Notes under the pieces: model-generated
Told to the model about the DNA's origin: nothing
Seen by the model: only the letters and a program-made list of their open reading frames with translations
Database searches by the model: none
Source: the human T2T-CHM13v2.0 reference genome, Homo sapiens
Reading direction: 5' to 3' (one strand)
NCBI RefSeq assembly: GCF_009914755.1
Contig: NC_060935.1
Length of the DNA stretch: 64,000 nucleotides
Made by a program: the position numbers and the translations under genes
Shown: piece by piece, positions 50,560 through 64,000 of the stretch
How the letters are laid out: each line of letters starts with the position of its first letter
Numbering within the stretch: position 1 is the stretch's first letter

Positions 50560-51229
50560 TAATCTTAGGCCCCTAACATGCTATATCCTGGCTAGTCCCC
50601 AGACAGTCCTCTAACCCAGAGACTGTTTTATCCCAGAGCCCCCATTCCCCAACTTGGGCAGGAATGAATAAAAGTCACCTGGAGGTTTATGGCTGGCCTG
50701 GAGGGCCAAAGCAACCCTTTAGCCAGTGACGGTAAGGGTGTGGAGACCTGGGTAGGCACCGTGGCCCCTTCCCTTCCTCTGCCTTGGCTAACACTGTTAG
50801 CCATCTGCTGCACCACATCACATCTCCTTAGTGATCCTCGCACACCCCGTGGACTGTGCCACCATCAGCCTCCACGTCGGGATCTCCGTCCTTCCCCTCT
50901 ACTCCGTATCCCTCCTAGTCGGTGTCCCTCTCATCGTAATTCCAGTAATTCAATGCCCAAATTGAAACACATGGAGAAAACACCTGATAAAGTGGCAAGG
51001 GAAGAGACAGTTCTCTGAATAGGTGTGGACCCCAGAGCTGTGGCGTAGAAGCCAGGCATCAAGCCGAATCAGCTCCACCAGCAGCAACTTCATGGCTCTC
51101 CTTTCAACCCTGACTGCCCCCTTTTAGAGACAGGAAGAATTGAAGCACAGAAAGACTGTGTGTCCTCCAGAACCCCTCAAGGACCCAGCTGCCCATTAAC
51201 CACGCTCGACTCTGTTTTGTATTTCGTAG

Positions 51230-51562
<333 letters not shown>

Positions 51563-52212
51563 TAAACAGGTAAAACTCAAAAAATTACATAAAATTTCAA
51601 ACTTTCAGAAAAGTTACAAGAATAGTACAAAGAGTTCCCATATGTGGATTCATCCAAGTTCTTTAACATATCACCACATTTCATATGCTCTCCTCATAGA
51701 TATATTGATAGGTATTATTTTCTGAGCCATCCGAGAGTAAGTTGCTGGCACGATGCCCCATTACACGTTAATACTGCACCACGTTAATTTCCTTAACATG
51801 AGAATACTCTGCTGTCTAAACTCCCTGCCACCATCAAGATCAGGACACTAACGTTGAGATAAGATTGCCGTCTAACCCACAGTCCCTATTCGGATTGTGC
51901 TGAGTGTCTCAGTGATACCCTTTATGGGCCTGGGATCCGATCTAGGATTATGTGCCGCATATCACTGTGTCCTTCGTCCCCTTCGGTCTGCAGCAGCCCC
52001 TCGGTTTTCCTTACCTTTCATGACCTTGACATTTTTTAAGCGCACAGGCTGGTTACTTTTTTGAATACTCCTCAGTCCAGGTTCGCCTGATGTTGCCTCA
52101 AGATTAGATTCCACCTGTGTGTTTCTGGCAGCATTACCACAGAAGTGCTCTGTTCTCAGTGCAGCTTAGGCAGCACCTGATGGCAATTGGTTCCTTTCCT
52201 GGGGATATTAAC

Positions 52213-52822
<610 letters not shown>

Positions 52823-52852
52823 TCACCCACTAGTTTTAGCATCTATTCATGA

Positions 52853-53248
<396 letters not shown>

Positions 53249-53847
53249 CATTAATTGGCTTTCTGTAGTAAGATAGTGCTTTTCCTTTGCTCTCATTTAT
53301 TTGTATCAGTTATGGACCGTGGGTTCCTGTTTTATTTGATGGGGCTGAATCTGCTACTATCATTTTTTTATTTTGATGCACAAACTTATCAGATTTGGCC
53401 CATGGGAGCCCCTTCATGCCAGCTTTGAGTCCTTAGTAATATGTCTCATCATTCGTTACATCCTACCGTACTTTCTGGTACAAAACATTTCAGGCTCATC
53501 TTGTACTTTCCCTGACCCAGCTCCCAGAATGAGCAGATTCTCTGAGGAGCCCTGGTTCTTTTCAGTAGAGGATGGTGTTCAGAAACCAAGATCTGGGTAC
53601 CAGGAGTGCCCATGTCCCCAACTGGGTGTCATGCACTCCCACTGAGCAGACAGAGCTGAGAAAGATCTGTCTGTATGCACACATGTGCTCGTGTCTACAC
53701 ACGTCACAGCTCCTTTCAGGTCTAGGTCCAGATCTATCTAACCGTGAGCACACATCGATAATTTCAGTTCCAACCCAATGCCTTTTTATAGCTTTTCTTT
53801 CTCCATGTTTCTAATTCCCTTTTGGAATGGTAAGAAGTCAGGCTGTG

Positions 53848-54218
<371 letters not shown>

Positions 54219-54576
54219 TCAATCCTAACAGGAAGAAGAAAGCAGCCGCTAATCTGTTTTTAAAATTATTTCTGTACTTTAGTAAATTAAATAGGAACAA
54301 TTTTGTGGCCATGATAGAAAATTTGAGATAGTTCCAGCCCGTCTTTCTGTCCTGCTCAGTCAGTGTTTGTGTCAGTGTGGAGACGGGGCAGTGAATTCCC
54401 GCCAGCACCCACTGCCCCTGCTACGCCAGGCTCTGCCATTCCCTGTAGACTGGGCTCCTTTTCCTCATTGCTAGTGACAGGCGACCACCACCTATAGGCC
54501 TGGCCTCACCCAGACTCAAGAGCAAGTTTCTCTGTGAAGGACTTACACTAAAATTAGTCTTAGAGATTAGCAACCA

Positions 54577-54735
54577 TTTCTTTCCTTCCTTCCTTCCTTC
54601 CTTTTTCTTCCTTTCTTTCCTTTCCTTCCTTTCCTTTCCCTCCCTCCCTCCCTCCATCTTCCTTCCTTCCTTCTCTCTCTCGCTCCCATTCTTTCTTCCT
54701 TTCTTCTTTTTCTTTTCTTTTTTTTTTTTTTTTTC
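54577..54735. repeat. ~160-bp pyrimidine-rich low-complexity repeat (TTCC/TTTC/TCCC), expanded Alu tail
   Basis: Seen directly. Confidence 0.9.
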
Positions 54736-55019
54736 CTGAGATAGAGTCTCACTCTGTCACCCAGGCTGGAATGCAGTGGTGCAATCACAGCTCACTACAG
54801 CCTCGACTTCCTGGGCTCAGGTGATTCTCCCACCTCAGCCTCCTGAGTAGCTGCAACTACAGGCATGCGCCACCACACCCAGCTGATTTTTTTATTTTTA
54901 GTAGAGACGGGGTTCCACCATGTTGCTCAGGCTGGTCTCAAACTCCTGGACTCAAGCAATCTGCCCGCCTCAGCCTCCCAAAGTGCTGGGATTGCAGGAA
55001 CAGGCTACTGTGCCCGGCC
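54736..55019 (-). mobile_element. AluJ
   Basis: Antisense dimer. Confidence 0.9.
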
Positions 55020-55028
55020 AAGCAACCA

Positions 55029-55329
55029 TTTTCTTTTCTTTTCTTTTTTAGATGGAGTGTTGCTCTGTGACCCAGGCTGGAGTGCAATGGCACAATCACG
55101 ACTCACTGCAACCTCTGCCGCCTGGGTTCAAGTGATTCTCCTGCCTCAGCCTCCTGAGTAGCTGGGACTACAGGCGCCCACCACCACACCTGGCTAATTT
55201 TTTGTATTTTTAGTAGAGACGGGGTTTCACTATGTTAGCCAGGATGGTCTTGATCTCCTGACCTCATGATCCGCCTGCTTTGGCCTCCCAAAGTGCTGGG
55301 ATTACAGGTGTGAGCCACCACACCTGGCC
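55029..55329 (-). mobile_element. AluS
   Basis: Antisense dimer. Confidence 0.92.
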
Positions 55330-55418
55330 CGAGCAGCCATTTTCAATCTTTGATTGTTATCTTTAAGCACATGGCCCTGACCAGCACTTCTGGGGATAAT
55401 TTTAAAGTTAAGACCTTA

Positions 55419-56206
<788 letters not shown>

Positions 56207-56210
56207 CTAG

Positions 56211-56703
<493 letters not shown>

Positions 56704-56786
56704 GTAACTTTCTGTGGTCCCTCACATGGCGTGTCCAAGAAGCTCCTGGGGTTTCCCACCCTCATTCTGTCCCTGTACCCACTTAG

Positions 56787-56918
<132 letters not shown>

Positions 56919-58674
56919 TAGGTTGGCAGCAGCATATTCAGGCCTAGTGGAGACTTCTTAAAATCAACACAGGGTCATCCCTTCAACGATTCCAATGAAC
57001 GCTCTATATCCTCACCACCGCCCAATTAGACTCACTGTTGTTGGGAACCACAATTACTGATAAGAGTGTTATATCCTTCAGGTTATCGTCAGATAGAAAA
57101 AAGGAGGAGAACCCTTCTTGTAGAATTCAGAACAGATAGTGGTCCATCAGGGAACAGACCGCCTCCCACCCACTCCAGTGGCTGCTTCATGTCACATGCT
57201 GTCCTCTGCAGCGAGAAAGCCAGCTCCCTCTAGGAGTAGCACTAGTTTTAATCATGTGCTGAACTTAGGCAGAGATAATAGGCTAGTCATGGGGTGCTCC
57301 TATGACCCTGGGCTTGCTAAGCTTTAATTACATCAGATATCGTTCCTGCCTTAACGGATCCATAACCTTGGAGACCAGGTGCCTTTTGATACTTTTCCTC
57401 CATAAGACTTCCTCAAGAGTCACTGTTTTGATGACATTTGAGTCCTGAACTAAGAAGCTAAAAACCTGAATTCCTAGGTGGTCTTTGACAGATTCTGGAG
57501 TGCCTGCATGAAGTGTGGGAGGGCCAGAAGTGCTGGGAGCATTTCCGAAGGGGAATTCACAGCTCCATTTACCCAGAGGCATCCTGATTCTCCCCAGTGC
57601 AGAGCTAGCCTAGGGACCAACCCCCTGAGAGCCGAGATGCCCACCCCTTCAGGGATGAAACGGAGGCCAGATCACTCTCCCATCACAATGAGGTGTCACT
57701 GGACTTCAGGTAAATCCGTGAGACTGTGACCTGGATTTCCCATCCAGTCAGCAACTAGGGAGCGGGAGGACTGTTTCCTTGTCCTCAGGTATCCACCTCT
57801 CAATTGGTGCTCCAAATGGTCCCCATGAGGTGTGTCACCAGTACCCCAAATGCTTGACCTCCATTGCACTCTGGAAATAGGGAGTGGCTGTAGGATCTCT
57901 CTCTAGTCAGCCCCTACTGCTGAGGCTTTCTTTTTCCTGCTCTGTAACCAGAAAGCGGCCCTATTTTCTTCCCAACGGGTGCCCCCAGAGCTTCATAAGT
58001 CACCTCTTCCTACGTGGGGTCTCTTCCTTGGCATGACCCTGGCACATGACTGGAGTTCAGTGCTCCTGCTAATGTATACTCCCCCAGAGGTGTTTCTTTT
58101 TAAGCTGCAGGCACTTTCCAGTTCTATCCCAGAGACTCAGTGACCTCCCTTAGTGCCTGTCTCCTCTGTGCATGCGCATTCTTCTCTCCCACCAAGAACA
58201 CAGATGTACTTGACCTTCTGTGAACATGTCTCATGCTGCTCTGTCACTGGGAGCTCGACTTTTTTTCTCTGCTGTGAATGCCCTTTCTGCCCTTTCTCTG
58301 AAGACCTATCAGCCTCGCAAGTTCATTGTTTTCATCCCCAGATGGCGAGTCTGTCATTCAGGCAGGAAGTACATACAACCACAGGCTAAGCATCGTGCCC
58401 AGAGACAAAGAGATAGGGCCCAGTCCATGCCATCAAGCGCACAGTGTCTAGTGACACCACACATTTCAACAAATAATTACAGCCCAGTAGGACAGGTGCC
58501 ATAAGACAGAGCTTTGCAATGACACCAGGGGACTGTGGCCACCTGTCCCAGGAGTGCCAGGACAGCTTCCCAGATGAGATGCTGAGAGATGGGTTTTTTA
58601 AAATAAAACTTCACCAAGTGGATTTGGGGAAAATTTTTATTCAAGGCAGAAGATACCCTATATAAAGACCCAGT

Positions 58675-59043
<369 letters not shown>

Positions 59044-59810
59044 TCAAATAGAGAGATAAGGCTAGAAACAGGCAGACCCAGGCTTCGGACACGTACAGGC
59101 CTGACTGCTGAGCTCTGTTCAAGTAGTGGAGGCCAATGAAGACTTCTAGTCGGAGGGTAGCATGAGCAGGTTTGCACTCGGAAGGACCACTGTGGGCTGT
59201 GGAGGGAGAAAGACCAGAAGCAGGTGGGCAGGGTATGAGATGTCAGCTGAAGGCTGTTGCTATGATCCCAGAGAGGCAAGGAGAAAGGCCTGACTGGAAA
59301 CAGTGGTGTCACAGATGGAAAAGGGAGGATCTGGGGTAGCTAGAATGGGCCTGCGGGGAGAACGAGAAGGAGAGACTCCAGGCGTAGATGTTGGTTCAGG
59401 TGTGTTGGCGACATCAGTAAGAGGATCGGGGTGCAAGGAGAAGACGGGACGCTGCGTTCCACCGTGGAGGTGGTAAGGCTGAGGTGCCCGCGCTGTGCAT
59501 GCGCAGGTAGGAGTCAGCAGTGGGCACTGTGAATCCGAAGGGCAAGAGAAAGGGATGAGCTGGAGACCCACATTTGGGAGGTGTTGGGGCACAGGGGGGT
59601 GGAGGACCTGGGGATAGACATTCCTTCTCCCCGCAGCTGCACCCAAGGCCCAGGAGCTACACTGGAATTTGGCCTGTCTTCCTGACAGGCTTTGAGTGCC
59701 AAGGGCAGAGACCAAGTCCTCCAGTCTTCGTGTCTTCCCACAGCTCGTCATGAAAGTGGGCTCTGGTGGGTGTTTATTGACTTGAATTGACCCCAAGTGG
59801 ACGTTGCTGA

Positions 59811-59930
<120 letters not shown>

Positions 59931-60578
59931 TAGAATTCCCCGGGTTTCACCCAGCATCCCTGGAGTACACTCTGTATTGCCACTGAGAGTCAGGATTCTA
60001 GGATTAATATTCCTGCTCCCCGTGGCATACCTGGTAGAGCCCTAAGGGAGAGGGTGGCTAAGAAGGACTTAAGCAAGCAGAGGAGAGAGAGGCTATGCAC
60101 ACAACGCAGGGCAGCACAGCTACGCCCGACCCTTGGTGATGCGCAAGCCTCTGGCATGCGATACAGGGACAGACCCAGCGGATGCTGCTGCGGTTGTCAC
60201 TTAATTTCCCCTCTTATCCCACGGGAACATCAGTGAGCAGCAGCTTGTGAGGTGGAAATGTCCTTGTTGGTCAGCCCTGGAATAACCAGGAATGGGGCTG
60301 CTGAGAGAGAAGCAGTCTTTTCCCTGGGCTCCGGGAGGGGCCCGTTTCCACAGGCCTCTCAGTGGGCTAACAGAGGGATAAAGATGAAAATTGTTGAGAG
60401 CGATTGCTTCGCCTTCCTGTGAGCTGTAAGGAGGGTAGGAAGAACCCACATGGGCGATGGGCCTCGGGATTCCTCAGCTGTCCCTCCTGGCACAGCTTCA
60501 CAGTGTGGAGCGGTGGCAGGAACTGGGGGGAAGGTGGCCTCACCATGTCCCCGCCCTCAGGCTGGATCATGGAAATGA

Positions 60579-60884
<306 letters not shown>

Positions 60885-61156
60885 TGAGCCCCCCTCTCTG
60901 TAGCTGGCCTCCAGACTCTCCTTCCTGGCCATAGCAGTCTCCTGACCCCTCCCTCGCTGTCCCCTCTATTACCAGAGAATCTTGGTCCTTCATCCTTTCT
61001 GAACCTCTGGCTGTCTTGGAGAAGGTCACTGTTTTGCCTCTCACTGACAGAAGTCCTATAGGACTCTCAGGAAGTACCCCCTCTCCTGACCCGCCCCTCC
61101 TCTTCACCCTGCACTTCCCTGCTCACCGGGCGTTCTGGACACCTGTAGCTTGTTGA

Positions 61157-61772
<616 letters not shown>

Positions 61773-61903
61773 TCATCTTGTTTCAGCCTCAGTTTTCCTC
61801 CCCTCAGTCTGGCTGGGAGCTTAGCTCTTTGGGGTCATTGCTGTGTCAGGCTGGGTTGTTCCTTTTGGTCTGTTTCTGCCATGGCCCAGCGCCTTCCCTC
61901 TCA

Positions 61904-62219
<316 letters not shown>

Positions 62220-63130
62220 CCTCTCCCTTCGTGTCTGTTCTGTGGTAGCTGAGAGTGTGGCATGGAGTGGGCGTTTGGCCAGTAGTGAGTGGCCCTGCAC
62301 CAGACTGGGGAAGGAGCAGGTATGGAGAGGAGGGGAGCCACTGAGACGTGCTCAGGAGGCCCTAGTAGGCTTTATTGGGCCAAGAATCCATAGAGGGGAG
62401 CAGTGCCCCGAGAAAATTTATAATTTAGTCAAGAGGTTTCCATTTTTTCTGGTGAGCAAGGGGAAAAGGGGGCATGTACTGTAGCAGCCGGAGCCACGAC
62501 CTGGGCCTTGCTCCGCCCCTCCTAGAAAGGCCCTGCTCCCTCAGCAGATCACAGGCAGGGGTGGGTGTGAGCCTGAAGTGACCTCAGGCCCTAGGAAGCT
62601 GCTCTTCCTTCGTTTACAATGGAAGGCAAGTGAGTGTTGTCGCGATGTGAGTGCCCAGCTTAGGATTTGCCCTCCAAAGCCCAGTGTCTTTTCTGTAGAT
62701 CAAAGAAACAAATCCTTTAAGTCCTCCTGTTCACCTGCTTTACTGGCAGATGAAGCCTAGTCATGGTTCACCAGGGGGAATACCAAACTCGCCCTGCAGA
62801 TCGGTAGTAATTGTGCGGAGATGATAGGAAACAGGAGAGGCCTCTACCGCTGAAAAGCACGGGTCTGAAAGGGCAGGTGCCTGTCCTGGAAACCACCTTC
62901 TCTTGGGGCATCCCCTGGCTGCCCTTCTGCCTGTTGCCACCAGGTGGGGCTCTCTCCCAGCTCACCGTTCTTCCTGCTTAGGACAGCGCCCCACGTGACG
63001 TTAGTGAGGCAATGCATGGGAAACTGCAGCCCAAACAGACTCCTCCCTGGGAGAAACCCCAGCCCTGCCCCTGCAGACCCTGCACCCTAGACGCCGTTCC
63101 AGGCCGGGTTCATGGGGATCCAAGAACTGA

Positions 63131-63540
<410 letters not shown>

Positions 63541-64000
63541 GTACCCAGCCACCTCACTTTCTTTGGTATTAGTGTTTAGGATGTGGCTTGGAGATGCATT
63601 TCCTCACATGGAACTGCTGAATGGCCCTGCTGAATTGACAGCATCCACATGGGCAAACCCTACTGGGCAAACCCTACCCCTGGCCATGAGAGCTAAATTC
63701 CCTCTTAACTATATGGGATGACTCTAGAAAGATACCTGGGAGCTGGCTGAGGGAGGACTCTTTCTTAGTGTTCTAGGAATGTAGAGCAAGTGCCCTAATA
63801 TAACAAAATGTAACTAAATCACTAACTGAGACAGTGCCCCAAAAGCAGTAAGCAGAACACCTAACACTGTGGATGTTCAATAAATGTTAGTTACCTGACT
63901 TATAAAACTTACAGAAAAAATTACTTAGACACTCTGAGCCTCGGTGCCTCATCTGTAGGGTTGTGGTGTCGGTATAGGAGCCCATTTGGCTCAAAAGCCA

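Overview
Human (or very close primate) genomic DNA from inside PACS1 (phosphofurin acidic cluster sorting protein 1, recalled as chr11q13), transcribed on the + strand. Positions 1-33598 are the 3' part of a very long first intron. Nine GT-AG coding exons follow (exons 2-10 by my recall of the gene, about aa 119-431). They splice into one open frame covering the furin/cargo-binding region, the Ser278 acidic cluster, the NLS and the NES. The Arg203 codon is the reference CGG. The rest is mostly transposon fossils: more than 60 Alu copies or fragments, old L1M/L2/MIR pieces, a sense L1MA-type remnant spanning ~6 kb, two Charlie1 hAT fossils, three MaLR LTRs and two ERV1 solo LTRs. Most ORFs in the supplied track are Alu/L1 translation artefacts. 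I see no evidence for a new gene or multi-gene system. The most unusual signals are (1) several repair or template-switch scars, the best a 92-bp inverted copy at 91/92 identity with a snap-back hairpin junction; (2) a 35-bp TSD-flanked micro-retroposition of unknown source; (3) an Alu that appears to have displaced the exon-3 branch point; (4) competing upstream acceptors at exons 5 and 6; (5) a MER41-like LTR with tandem RFX X-boxes. Exon boundaries were counted base by base. Repeat boundaries are approximate and subfamily names come from recalled consensus sequences, not a search.
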